Positions 52,170-63,527 of a DNA stretch of 64,000 nt are shown in pieces. Every line of letters starts with the position of its first letter. The first letter of the stretch is position 1. Below the pieces are notes generated by a model. That model had not been told where the DNA came from. It made no database searches and saw only the letters and a program-made list of their open reading frames with translations. The DNA lies in NCBI GenBank assembly GCA_963779415.1, contig CAVZYA010000002.1, forward strand, positions 1,280,001 to 1,344,000. Reading direction: 5' to 3'. The DNA is from an uncultured Acidobacteriota bacterium (lineage in GTDB: Bacteria; Acidobacteriota; Thermoanaerobaculia; UBA5066). Made by a program: the position numbers and the translations under genes.

Positions 52170-52206
52170 CCGGGAGGGCCTCGTGCCCTCCCGGTTCTTT
52201 TCTCTT
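52170..52206 (+). terminator. Intrinsic terminator
   Basis: ccgggagggc-ctcgt-gccctcccgg followed by ttcttttctctt. Confidence 0.8.
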
Positions 52207-52228
52207 CGGGCGGGTAACATCGCCCGCC

Positions 52229-53991
<1,763 letters not shown>

Positions 53992-53995
<4 letters not shown>

Positions 53996-54912
53996 ACGGC
54001 GGACGCGACCTTTTTTCGCCGCGTCTCGGGCTGACGCTGCCGCTCTGCGGGCTCAACTTCATCTTCTTCTTCCTGATCCAGATGAACCCGGAACGGGCCC
54101 TCGGGCTCTTCGCCTTCCAGCCGGCCCGCGCGCTCTCCATGCCCTGGACGTTCGTGACGTACCAGTTTCTGAACACCGGGGCGCTCGGCCTCTTCTTCGG
54201 GACGATGATGCTCTACATCCTCGGGATGGCGCTCGAGACCGAGTGGGGGACGCCCGAGTTCACCCTCTTCTGGCTCGTCGCGACGCTGGGGGGCTCCCTC
54301 TCCGGGTGGCTGACGGGGGGAGTCCTGACGAGCGGCTGGCAGGTCACCGGCGTCTCGATGCTCTTCGCCTACGCATACCTCTTTCCGGAGACGCAGTTTC
54401 TGATTTTCTTCGTCGTCCCCGTGAAGGTGAAATGGCTGGCGTGGCTCGGAGCGGGGCTTCTCGCCTGGACCCTTCTCGGAGCGACGCTCTCGGGGCGCTT
54501 CGGCGCGGGGCTCGCGAATCTCGTCGGCGCCTCCGCGGGGTTCCTCTGGTTCTGGATCCGGCATCGTGGGCTCCAGAAGGCGAAGCGGGCGCAGCGCGAC
54601 GCTCTCGCGGCCGTCAAGTCGGCGGGCGCCTTCCGCGAGGACGCCGCGCTCGAGCGGCGAAACCGCACTCTCTTCCCGAAGGTGGAGGAGCTGCGCGCGT
54701 CCGCCCGCGCGGGAGACGAGCTTCCGCCGAAGTGGAAGGCGTTCGAAGCGGAGCTCGCGACGCTCGTCGTCCCCGGCGTGAAGATCTGCAAGCCCGTCGA
54801 CTTCAAGGGGGACAAGGACGGGATCTGCCTCAAGTGCGAAGGCTTCGCCGAGTGCTCGCTCCGTTACGTGAAGGGGGAGCCGGCGGAGATCGTGATGAAG
54901 CCCAAGGAATGA
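53992..54912 (+). CDS. Rhomboid-like membrane protein with C-terminal Cys cluster
   Basis: PWTFVTYQFL, LETEWG, FFVVPVKVKWL; CKPVDF...CLKCEGFAEC. Confidence 0.78.
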
Positions 54913-54931
54913 CCCCCGTTAGAATCGTCCC

Positions 54932-55507
54932 GTGCTAGCCCTGATCCTCGCGCTTTCTCTCGCGACGGCCCCACCGGTCGCGACCCCTTCGCCCGCCGGG
55001 GAGACGTACGCCGTCGTCCCGTCGCCGATCGCGGGCGTTCCCCTTCCGCCCGGCGGCGCGGTCGACCCGGACCTGACGAACGTCCGGAAGAAGCAGGCCG
55101 ACGCCGAGAGGCAGCAGGCCCTGGACCGACTCGACGCGGACCGGAGCCTTCCGGCGAAGGAGAAGGCGGCGATCAAGGGGAGGCTCCTCCAGATGAAGGT
55201 GGTCGTCATGACGACGGCGGTTCCTCTGGAGGAAGTGGCCTCGTTCTACGAGCGGACGGTGCCGCGGGCCGAATTCGCCTTCGGGGTCCGCGACCTCCAG
55301 GCGGACCTCAAGGAGGCGATCCGCGCCGGCGCGATCCACGCGGGCCCCGAACAGCTGCGCGAGGCGGCGGGGAAGATGGGCCGCTCGGCGCGGTGGACGC
55401 GCGAGGCCGAGCGTCTCTCGATCGCCATCGAGGACGGGTTCCTCGACCCTCGCGACGGGCGGATCGTGCCGAAGACCGTGGTTCTGGTCACCTCCTTCGG
55501 AAACTGA
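54932..55507 (+). CDS. Secreted hypothetical protein
   Basis: Hydrophobic N-terminus; TAGAAT 6 nt upstream of GTG. Confidence 0.75.
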   Translation: MLALILALSLATAPPVATPSPAGETYAVVPSPIAGVPLPPGGAVDPDLTNVRKKQADAERQQALDRLDADRSLPAKEKAAIKGRLLQMKVVVMTTAVPLEEVASFYERTVPRAEFAFGVRDLQADLKEAIRAGAIHAGPEQLREAAGKMGRSARWTREAERLSIAIEDGFLDPRDGRIVPKTVVLVTSFGN

Positions 55508-55511
55508 GCGG

Positions 55512-58193
55512 GTGGAAGGACTCTTCCCGGCCGCGACGCCGGCGTACCTCGTCGTGGCTCTTCTCTGGGGAAGCCTTCTCGTCGCCTCCTTCGCCGGCTG
55601 GGGCACCCTCCTCCTCCGGCTCCTCTCTCCCGGACGGACCCTCGACGCCGGCCTCCGCTCGGCGCTCGGCCTCGCGCTGACGGTGGCCGTCGGAGGGCTC
55701 TTCAACCTCGCGTCGTGGATCTCCCGGACGGGCGTGCTGCTTTGGGTGACCGGTGGTGTCGGGTGGTTCGTCGTTGATTTTCTTAGAGGAAGAAAGAGAA
55801 TCTCCGCTTCCAGCGAAGTCGCGCGCGAACAAACCGGACCGATCGGCTTCGTCGCGCTCGGTCTCGTCGCCGTCCTGGCGCTCGTCCTCTTGGCCGGATC
55901 GGTGAACGGCCGGATCTGGGCCGGGTACGAGTACCGTGACTTCGATCTTCACGACGACGAGCAGTCGTACCTCGTCTATCCGATCCGAATGCTGGAACGG
56001 GGGGGACTCGGCGCCGATCCGTTCGATACACGGCGGCTCGTCGTCCTCGGGGGGCAATCGCTCCTTCAGGCCTTCGTCGCCGTCCTCTTCCCGCCGCGCA
56101 CCACGCACCTCCTCGACGCCGGGGTCGGCCTCCTCGTCTCTCTCGGCGTCCTCTGGGGCGCGGGCCGGGGGTCGGGGCTCTCCCGGGCTCCGGCGTCGCT
56201 CCCGCTTCTCGTCCTTCTCCTCCTTCCGGTCGCGACGGCGCGCGGCAACACGACGTCGCTCCTCACGGGGACGGCGCTGCTCCTCGCGGCGTACCGGCTC
56301 GTCGACGAGCGACCGCTCGCCGATCTTCCCCTGCTCCGCCGCGCGATCCCTCTCGGGCTCGTCGTGGCAGGGCTCGTCGCGCTGAAGACGACGTTCCTGC
56401 CCGTCGTCGTCGTCTTTCTCGCGGTCGATGCGCTCCTCGGGTTTTCCGCCGGAAAGGGACGCGAGCGGCTCGTGGAGGCTCTTCTGGGAGGAGGGCTCGC
56501 GGTCGTGGCGCTCTTCCCCTGGATGATCTCGACGAAGCTCTCCTCCGGCACGCTTCTCTTCCCGCTCCTCGGACGGGGCTTCCAGGGGACGGTCCCGTGG
56601 GGCGGGATCCCGGGGATCCCCAGGGAAGCGCTCGACGCGCAGGTGAACCGCCTCGCTCTTCTCGTTCGGAGCTTCGTCCCGGCTCTCCCCGTCGCCCTTC
56701 TCGCGGGAATTGCCGGGTTCCTCGGGCGGCGGACGGCGGCGGCCTTCGGCCTCTCGGTCTTCGTCCTGCCGGCCATCCTTCGTTTCGCCGGAGACCCGTT
56801 TCTCGAGAGGAGCCTCGTCCGCTACGCTTTCCCCGCGGTCGCCGCCGCGATCCCGCTTCTCGTCGCCGCGTCGCTCTCGTCGTGGGCCGACAGGCCGAGC
56901 GGCCGATCGCGACTTCTCGCCGCCGCCTCGCTCCTCGTGACGGCGGCCGTGCTCTGGTCCTCGAGAGGGGATGCGATCGGCGCCTATCGCGAAGCGTTGA
57001 AGAGCGTCCGTTCCGCGATCTCCGGACGGCCGCTCGTCGACGAGGGCCTCGTCGCGCATCTCTCGACGCTTCTCGTCGGGGTCCCGTCCGAGGCCCCGGT
57101 CCTCGTCCGGGTGACACGCCCCTACCTTCTCGACCCGGCGGCGCACCGGCTCCTCCTCGAGACGATTCCCGGATTCTCGAGCCCCCCTCCCGGGATGCCG
57201 TTCTTCCGCGGCCCGGAGCCGCTTTCCGACTACCTTCTCGCGGAGGGCGTTCGCTACCTCGCGTACGGCGACCGGCGCGGCGGCGGGAGCCTCCTCGAGC
57301 TGACCGAGGACACCATCCGTTTCCGTTATCCGCTCTCGAAGAGCCGCTGGGCGCTCCTCTCGTTCCACCGGGACTTCCACCGGAACGTCCGGGAGCTGTC
57401 GTTCACGCGCCTCCGCCTCGCCGACCGCCCCGACGCCTTCGTCCTCGACCTCGGCTCCCGTGCGCTCCGTCTTCCGATCCTCGAAGCGCCGGAGAGGCTT
57501 TCGGGATTCGATGCCGACGGGAGGATGGAAGGGACGGCGCGGATCCGGCTCGACTACGACCGCGCCGAAGGGGACCGGTTCCTTCGGGTCGTCTTCCCGG
57601 AACGGCCGACTTCACCGGGCATTCGCGGGTTCCTCGACGGCACGCCGCTTCCGGTAGTCCATGACGACGGAACGGGAGTTGTCTTCGATCTCTCCGGTGT
57701 GTCGAAGCGAATCGGGACGCTCTCGCTCGAAGGCCCGCCGGCCGAGGTGACCGGCGTCGCGACCGTCGCGCGGCCCGAGGAGGCCCCCCTCGTCGGGCCG
57801 CCGCCGCAGCTCGTCGAAGGCCCTCTCGAGATCGCGGCCGTCTCCTGGAAGTCCGGAATCTGGGGCGACCGCTGGACGAACGGCGACGCGCTCCTCTCGA
57901 ATCTCGACTGGACTCCGAAGCCGGGAGAGACCGATCTCGTCCTGGAGCTTTCGGCCGGACCGCCCGGGGCGCTCGAACAGGCGGACGTCCGCGTCCTCGT
58001 GAACGGCGTGCCGCTCGAACGTGTCGGCGCCGCGGGCGGCGACTTCCGGTTCCGGCTTGCTCCGGATCGGCGGCCGATCCGGCGGATCCGGATTCTCTCG
58101 AAGACGTGGGTGCCGAAGGAGGCGGGGCAGAGCGAGGACGCGCGGCGCCTCGGTGTCACCGTGGCCCGCGTGCGCCTCGCTCCTCCCGGCTGA
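55512..58193 (+). CDS. Large polytopic membrane protein, GT-C glycosyltransferase-like, with soluble C-terminal domains
   Basis: About 13 TM segments; acidic loop DFDLHDDEQSYL after the early TMs; C-terminal RWTNGDA...DARRLGV. Confidence 0.7.
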   Translation: MEGLFPAATPAYLVVALLWGSLLVASFAGWGTLLLRLLSPGRTLDAGLRSALGLALTVAVGGLFNLASWISRTGVLLWVTGGVGWFVVDFLRGRKRISASSEVAREQTGPIGFVALGLVAVLALVLLAGSVNGRIWAGYEYRDFDLHDDEQSYLVYPIRMLERGGLGADPFDTRRLVVLGGQSLLQAFVAVLFPPRTTHLLDAGVGLLVSLGVLWGAGRGSGLSRAPASLPLLVLLLLPVATARGNTTSLLTGTALLLAAYRLVDERPLADLPLLRRAIPLGLVVAGLVALKTTFLPVVVVFLAVDALLGFSAGKGRERLVEALLGGGLAVVALFPWMISTKLSSGTLLFPLLGRGFQGTVPWGGIPGIPREALDAQVNRLALLVRSFVPALPVALLAGIAGFLGRRTAAAFGLSVFVLPAILRFAGDPFLERSLVRYAFPAVAAAIPLLVAASLSSWADRPSGRSRLLAAASLLVTAAVLWSSRGDAIGAYREALKSVRSAISGRPLVDEGLVAHLSTLLVGVPSEAPVLVRVTRPYLLDPAAHRLLLETIPGFSSPPPGMPFFRGPEPLSDYLLAEGVRYLAYGDRRGGGSLLELTEDTIRFRYPLSKSRWALLSFHRDFHRNVRELSFTRLRLADRPDAFVLDLGSRALRLPILEAPERLSGFDADGRMEGTARIRLDYDRAEGDRFLRVVFPERPTSPGIRGFLDGTPLPVVHDDGTGVVFDLSGVSKRIGTLSLEGPPAEVTGVATVARPEEAPLVGPPPQLVEGPLEIAAVSWKSGIWGDRWTNGDALLSNLDWTPKPGETDLVLELSAGPPGALEQADVRVLVNGVPLERVGAAGGDFRFRLAPDRRPIRRIRILSKTWVPKEAGQSEDARRLGVTVARVRLAPPG

Positions 58194-58196
58194 GCG

Positions 58197-58814
58197 TCAC
58201 CCTTCGAGCTTCGGCTCCTTCGGCGCCGCCGGCTGCTTCGCCTTCCAGTAGCTGAAGATCTGCCACGCGCCGAAGCCGATCAGCAGGATCGGCCAGAAGT
58301 CGAAGAGGAACGAAAGGTCGATCCGGAACCAGCGGTCGAGGAAGAAGAAGAGCCCGACGAGGACGAGGAAGATCCCGAAGGTGAGGCTCCCGCTGAAGTT
58401 GAGCGGCTTCTCGTTCGGCAGGAGGTTCGACTCGGGCGCGCCGGTCGCGTTGATCGCCTTCGCCTGGCGGACCGCGTCGATCAGGACGAAGAACCACCAG
58501 AACGGGATCATCAGCCCCGCGGGCCCTCCGGCGTGCGAAACGACGGAGATCACGACCACCCAGACCGCGAAGAAGATGACGGCCCGCTGGTAGAGACCGA
58601 GGTAGACGTGCCCGAGCCCGGGGATCACGGAGAGAAAGCCCGCAGCCGCGGGGTTCTTCACCTGCGGATGCGGCGGGGCCACGGGGGCCGCCGGCGCGGC
58701 GTACGCGACCGGAGGCGGCGGAGCAGGCGCGGGCGCGGGGGGCGGAGCCGGCCAAGAGGGGGCAGGAGCCTGGGGGTTGGCGCTCGGCGTCGGGTTCATG
58801 TCGCTCATCGTCAT
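58197..58814 (-). CDS. Pro-rich membrane protein with TM2-like and LiaF/DUF5668-like segments
   Basis: KNPAAAGFLSVIPGLGHVYLG; GIFLVLVGLFFFL...FWPILLIGFG. Confidence 0.8.
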   Translation of the reverse strand: MTMSDMNPTPSANPQAPAPSWPAPPPAPAPAPPPPVAYAAPAAPVAPPHPQVKNPAAAGFLSVIPGLGHVYLGLYQRAVIFFAVWVVVISVVSHAGGPAGLMIPFWWFFVLIDAVRQAKAINATGAPESNLLPNEKPLNFSGSLTFGIFLVLVGLFFFLDRWFRIDLSFLFDFWPILLIGFGAWQIFSYWKAKQPAAPKEPKLEG

Positions 58815-58860
58815 CACCTTTTCGCGTCCGGGCCTCGCCCGGAAATCGTCGTCTCAATCA

Positions 58861-59691
58861 TCAGGAACGCAAGACCTTTCCGTCAGGTTCCGGCGTCGGC
58901 GCCGGAAGACGGCCGCGTCGTGGATCGACTCGGCCGTCGGGGGGCGCCGAGGAGGGAGTGGCGGGAGTCGGGGTCCTCTCGGAACTGCCGCCGAAGACGT
59001 TGTCGAACGCGACTTCGACGAGGGCTTCGGCGCGGGCCTTTCCCGCGGCGAACGCCCTGTAGATCCGGTAGTCGAGCCTCTCCGGCAACGGCTTTTCCGC
59101 CTGCGCGCGCGCTGCGGCATCGAGGCGCGCGAGCGCCGTCTTTCGCGCGTCCTCGACGGCACGCTCGCCCGCGGACGTGAGGCTCGAGGCGGCGTCCCGT
59201 GCCGCCGACATCGGATCGACGCCGAGGAGCGTGACGATCAGGAGCGTGACGGCGTACGCGACGACCACGGTGAAGCGCCAGTCGCCGAGCCAGCGTCGCC
59301 ACGGCGGTCGGTCGGAGAGCGACGGCTCCCCGACGGCCCCGGCGCGCGTCGGAAGGAATCGGAGTCGCCCCATCAGCTCGGGAGAAGGCTCCGGGAGGGC
59401 GAGCGCACCGGGAGAGAGGAGATCGAGATAAAGCGCCGATTCGCGCCGGGCCGAAAAATCGTCCGGGGGGGTCGCCAGCTTTCGGAGAAGCCGGATCGGT
59501 GCGCGCGGGGGGGTGACGTCCCGGAGGGTCTCCCGGGCGGCGTCGAGGATCGAGAGGAGGGAACGGCACTCTCCGCACCCTTCCGGATGCCCGACTTCCC
59601 CCGAGAAGGGACCGTCCGGCCCGGGCCCGTCCATCCGGGCGAGAAGCGCCTCTTCGAAGGCGCGGCAGCCGGTCGAAGCGGGCGCCGTCAC
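58861..59691 (-). CDS. Membrane anti-sigma factor (zf-HC2)
   Basis: HPEGCGEC, one TM, overlaps the sigma stop. Confidence 0.8.
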   Translation of the reverse strand: MTAPASTGCRAFEEALLARMDGPGPDGPFSGEVGHPEGCGECRSLLSILDAARETLRDVTPPRAPIRLLRKLATPPDDFSARRESALYLDLLSPGALALPEPSPELMGRLRFLPTRAGAVGEPSLSDRPPWRRWLGDWRFTVVVAYAVTLLIVTLLGVDPMSAARDAASSLTSAGERAVEDARKTALARLDAAARAQAEKPLPERLDYRIYRAFAAGKARAEALVEVAFDNVFGGSSERTPTPATPSSAPPDGRVDPRRGRLPAPTPEPDGKVLRS

Positions 59692-60308
59692 GAGGCACCT
59701 CCGGACGCCCGGACGAAGACGGATCCCTGCCCTCCGGCGTTCTGTCCGATTCGATGGCGGATCGCCCTGGCCAGCTCGATCCGGGCGCGGTTGAGGCGCG
59801 ACTTCACGGTGCCGTCGGGAAGACGGAGAAAGTCGCCGATCTCGCGGTAATCGAGGCCGTCGAGGTCGCGGAGGATCACGACCTCCGCCAGCTCGTCCGG
59901 GAGGTCGGCCAGAGCCTCGAGGAGGAAGCGGACCCGCTCCTGCCTCACGGCATTGGCCTGCGGGTCGTCTCCCGAGGGGAGGATGGCCGATACGGCGTCG
60001 TCCGAGAGGAAGCGGAAACCCTTCTCGCGGCGGCGCTTCCGGTAGTGGTCGATGCAGAGGTTGCGGGAAAGGGCGGCGATCCACGCGAGGAGAGACGCCT
60101 CGGTCGGCTCGTACCGGTCGAGGTTCTCCCAGAGCTTCAGGAAGCAGTCCTGGGTCAGCTCTTCGGCCTCGGCCCGGTCGTACGTGAAGTGCCACGCGAT
60201 GGCGTAAACCTTCCGGCCGTAACGATCCACGAGATCGGACCACGCCCCGTCGTCCCCCCGCTGGCAGCGGGTCACGAGTTCGGCGTCGGGATGAGGGGCG
60301 GGCGGCAT
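59688..60308 (-). CDS. ECF sigma factor (SigW/SigE-like)
   Basis: AEELTQDCFLKLW, RNLCIDHYRK, DYREIGDFLRLPDGTVKSRLNRAR. Confidence 0.93.
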   Translation of the reverse strand: MPPAPHPDAELVTRCQRGDDGAWSDLVDRYGRKVYAIAWHFTYDRAEAEELTQDCFLKLWENLDRYEPTEASLLAWIAALSRNLCIDHYRKRRREKGFRFLSDDAVSAILPSGDDPQANAVRQERVRFLLEALADLPDELAEVVILRDLDGLDYREIGDFLRLPDGTVKSRLNRARIELARAIRHRIGQNAGGQGSVFVRASGGAS

Positions 60309-60322
60309 GCTCTCGGAGGGAG

Positions 60323-60349
60323 TTACGATAAACGCGGCACTTCGGTTCC
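60323..60349 (-). promoter_or_regulatory. ECF autoregulatory promoter GGAACC-N16-CGTAA
   Basis: Minus strand ggaaccgaagtgccgcgtttatcgtaa, directly upstream of the sigma ATG. Confidence 0.7.
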
Positions 60350-60418
60350 CCTGCGGTCGGGCGCCGGTACCCGCCCTGCGGACGCAAGTCTATACTCGTC
60401 GATCAGGAAGACGGAGAG

Positions 60419-60967
60419 ATGTCGGTGAGGCCGATTTACGGGCTGGTTCTCTTTCTGACGCTCTTCGCGGCGCCCTTGGCTGCCCAGGCGCCGCCTCCCG
60501 CGCCCGCTCCGGCATGGCGTCCCTTCGCCGAGTTCGCGCCTTTGATCGGATCCTGGTCGGGGGCGGCGACGTCGGGGACGCGGATCGGCGGAGAGGTCGC
60601 GCGCTTCTCGATGGAGCTGGCCGGGACGGTCTTCGTGGAGCGGACGACGACGGTCTTCCCGGCCGAGGAAGGCAAGCCCGAGGAGACCTTCGAGGAACAT
60701 GGCTACGTGACGTACGACCGCGAGAAGAGGAAGTACGTGGCGACCTACTTTTTCTCGACCGGGGTCTTCGGGACGTATGACGTGGAGGTCCTTCCGGACG
60801 GCGGCCTCCGGATGACCGCCGGGGCGCTTTCGAACTACGAGGCGGGCGCGAAGTCCCGGCGCGTCTTCACGCGGAAGGCCGACGGGTCCCTCGACCTCTC
60901 CCTCGACCTCGCCCCGGCGGGGAAGGACTTCACCCCGTTCCTTTCGGGGACGCTGAAGAAGAAGTAG
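60419..60967 (+). CDS. Secreted beta-barrel-like hypothetical protein
   Basis: Signal peptide; FAPLIGSWSG; GGAG RBS and TATACT upstream. Confidence 0.8.
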   Translation: MSVRPIYGLVLFLTLFAAPLAAQAPPPAPAPAWRPFAEFAPLIGSWSGAATSGTRIGGEVARFSMELAGTVFVERTTTVFPAEEGKPEETFEEHGYVTYDREKRKYVATYFFSTGVFGTYDVEVLPDGGLRMTAGALSNYEAGAKSRRVFTRKADGSLDLSLDLAPAGKDFTPFLSGTLKKK

Positions 60968-60990
60968 CCGGAAAGGCCGGCCTCCTCTGC

Positions 60991-61019
60991 TTGACATGTG
61001 CTGCACATGAAACTATGTT
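60991..61019 (+). promoter_or_regulatory. Sigma70 promoter TTGACA-N17-TATGTT with operator palindrome CATGTG-ctg-CACATG
   Basis: Direct inspection; ATG 6 nt downstream, implying a leaderless transcript. Confidence 0.8.
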
Positions 61020-61025
61020 AGATGC

Positions 61026-61256
61026 ATGTCGACGATGGTCCAGATCCGGAACGTCCCGGATGCCGTTCACCGCGAGCTGAAGGCCCGGGCCGCGCTCGCC
61101 GGCCTCTCGCTCTCCGATTTCCTCCTCCTCGAGATGAAGCGGATCCTGGAACGCCCCACACGCGAAGAGCTTCTCCGGAGGATCGCACGCCGCGCCCCGG
61201 TCCTGGGCGGTCCGAGCGCCGCCGAACTCGTCCGCGCCGAGCGGGACGGGCGTTGA
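61026..61256 (+). CDS. vapB: FitA-like RHH antitoxin
   Basis: MVQIRNVPDAVHRELKARAALAGLSLSDFLL. Confidence 0.88.
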   Translation: MSTMVQIRNVPDAVHRELKARAALAGLSLSDFLLLEMKRILERPTREELLRRIARRAPVLGGPSAAELVRAERDGR

Positions 61257-61654
61257 TCGTCCTCGACGCCTCGGCGGCTCTGGAGTTTCTGCTTCGGACG
61301 CCGATCGGGCTGAAGGTGGCGGCGAGGATCGCTCCCGCGGAGGAGACCCTCCACGCCCCGCACCTGATAGACCTCGAAGTGGCGCAGGTCCTTAGGCGCC
61401 GCGAGGCCTTGCGGACCCTCTCGCGTTCAAGAGCGGAACAGGCCATTGCCGACTTCTCGGATCTGGACCTCTCGTGCTATCCGCACGACGCCCTCCTGCC
61501 GAGGATCTGGGCGCTCCGGAGGAACGTGACCGCCTACGACGCGGCGTACCTCGCGCTCGCAGAGGCTCTCGACGCCCCGCTCCTCACGACCGACGAGAAG
61601 CTCGCGCGAAGCCCGGGGCACAAGGCGCGCGTCGAGGTCGTGTCGGCGGCCTGA
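61253..61654 (+). CDS. vapC: PIN-domain toxin
   Basis: IVLDASA, APHLIDLEV, TAYDAAYLALAE, LLTTDEKL; TTG overlaps the antitoxin stop. Confidence 0.92.
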   Translation: MIVLDASAALEFLLRTPIGLKVAARIAPAEETLHAPHLIDLEVAQVLRRREALRTLSRSRAEQAIADFSDLDLSCYPHDALLPRIWALRRNVTAYDAAYLALAEALDAPLLTTDEKLARSPGHKARVEVVSAA

Positions 61655-61689
61655 TCGGCTTTCTTGCCGTCTGCTAGTCTGCGCGCCTT

Positions 61690-63525
61690 ATGCCGGGATT
61701 CCGGAACATCGCGATCATCGCCCACGTCGACCACGGGAAGACGACGCTCGTCGACTGCCTGCTGAAGCAGGCGGGGACGTTTCGCGTGAACGAGGCCGTC
61801 ATCGAGCGCGTGATGGACTCGAACGAGCTGGAGCGGGAGCGGGGGATCACGATCCTCGCGAAGAACACCTCGATCCACTACCGCGACACGAAGGTGAACA
61901 TCGTCGACACGCCGGGGCACAGCGACTTCGGCGGCGAGGTGGAGCGGGTCCTGAACATGGTGGACGCCGTCCTTCTCGTCGTCGACGCGGCCGAAGGGAC
62001 GATGCCGCAGACGCGCTTCGTCCTCCGGAAGGCGCTCGAGCTGGGCCTCAAGCCGATCGTCGTCGTGAACAAGATCGACCGCCCCGAGGCGCGCCCTCAC
62101 CAGGTCATCGACCAGGTCTTCGACCTGATGGTCGACCTCGGCGCCTCCGACGAGCAGCTCGACTTCCCGATCGTCTACACCTCGGCCAAGCACGGCTTCG
62201 CGCGGCGCGAGGTGGACCACACCGAGACCGACGTCCGGCCCCTTCTCGACACGATCTTCGTCGAGGTGCCCGAGCCGGTCGGGGAGGCCTCGGCCCCGCT
62301 CCAGCTCCTCGTCTCCTCGATCGACTACGACAATTACCTCGGGAGGCTCGCCATCGGGCGGATCCGGAACGGAACCATCGCGTCCGGCCAGCTCGTCGCC
62401 GTCTGTCGGCACGACGGTTCCATCACCCCGGGAAAGGTGACGAAGCTGATGACGTTCGAAGGGCTCGCCCGTCGGGAGGCCGACGCGGCCCCGGCCGGAG
62501 AGATCGTCGTCGTCGCGGGCCTTCCGGATGTGACGATCGGCGAGACGATCGCCGATCCCCTGAGCCCCGACCCCCTGCCTCACAAGGCGATCGACGAGCC
62601 GACGGTCTCGATGACATTCCGGGTCAACGACTCTCCCTTCGCGGGGCGCGAGGGGAAGTACGTCACCTCACGGAACATCTTCGACCGCCTGACGAAGGAG
62701 CTTCGGACGAACGTGGCGCTCAAGGTCGAGGAGACCGACAGCCCGGACGCCTTCAAGGTTTCGGGGCGCGGCGAGCTGCACCTCGCGATCCTCGTCGAGA
62801 CGATGCGCCGGGAGGGGTTCGAGTTCGCGCTCTCGCGCCCCCAGGTCATCCTGAAGGAGATCGACGGCATCGCGTCCGAGCCGGTGGAGGAGCTGGTCGT
62901 CGACATCCCCGAGGAGGCGACGGGAACGGTCATCGAAAAGCTCGGCCGGCGGAAGGCCGAGATGAAGAACATGACGAACCACGGGTCGGGGCGCGTCCGG
63001 ATCGAGTTCCGGATCCCGACGCGCGGCCTCTTCGGCTACCGGACGGAGTTCCTCACCGATACGAAGGGAGAGGGGCTCCTCTACCACGTCTTCTCCGGCT
63101 ACGAGCCGTGGAAAGGGGACCTCTCCGCGCGGCGCGAGGGGGCGCTCGTCTGCAAGGAAGCCGGGGAGACGACCGCCCATGCGCTCGAGAAGCTGCAGGA
63201 GCGTTCGGTCCTCTTCCTGGCCCCTGGCATCGCCGCGTACGGCGGGATGATCTGCGGCGAGAACTCGCGCGAGAACGACATGGTCGTCAACCCGTGCGTC
63301 AAGAAGCACCTGACGAACATGCGCGCCTCGACTTCCGACATCGCCATCCGGCTCACGACGCCGCGCGCGATGCCGCTCGAGGCGGCCATCGAGTGGATCG
63401 ACGAGGACGAGCTGGTCGAGGTGACCCCCAAGTCCGTCCGCCTCCGGAAGAAGATCCTCGACCACTCGATGCGGAGGGTCTCGGAGAAGCGCGCGATGAT
63501 GGAGGCGACGGAGGGGGACGAGTAG
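61690..63525 (+). CDS. typA: Translational GTPase TypA/BipA
   Basis: [54 protein letters not shown]. Confidence 0.97.
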   Translation: MPGFRNIAIIAHVDHGKTTLVDCLLKQAGTFRVNEAVIERVMDSNELERERGITILAKNTSIHYRDTKVNIVDTPGHSDFGGEVERVLNMVDAVLLVVDAAEGTMPQTRFVLRKALELGLKPIVVVNKIDRPEARPHQVIDQVFDLMVDLGASDEQLDFPIVYTSAKHGFARREVDHTETDVRPLLDTIFVEVPEPVGEASAPLQLLVSSIDYDNYLGRLAIGRIRNGTIASGQLVAVCRHDGSITPGKVTKLMTFEGLARREADAAPAGEIVVVAGLPDVTIGETIADPLSPDPLPHKAIDEPTVSMTFRVNDSPFAGREGKYVTSRNIFDRLTKELRTNVALKVEETDSPDAFKVSGRGELHLAILVETMRREGFEFALSRPQVILKEIDGIASEPVEELVVDIPEEATGTVIEKLGRRKAEMKNMTNHGSGRVRIEFRIPTRGLFGYRTEFLTDTKGEGLLYHVFSGYEPWKGDLSARREGALVCKEAGETTAHALEKLQERSVLFLAPGIAAYGGMICGENSRENDMVVNPCVKKHLTNMRASTSDIAIRLTTPRAMPLEAAIEWIDEDELVEVTPKSVRLRKKILDHSMRRVSEKRAMMEATEGDE

Positions 63526-63527
63526 CG

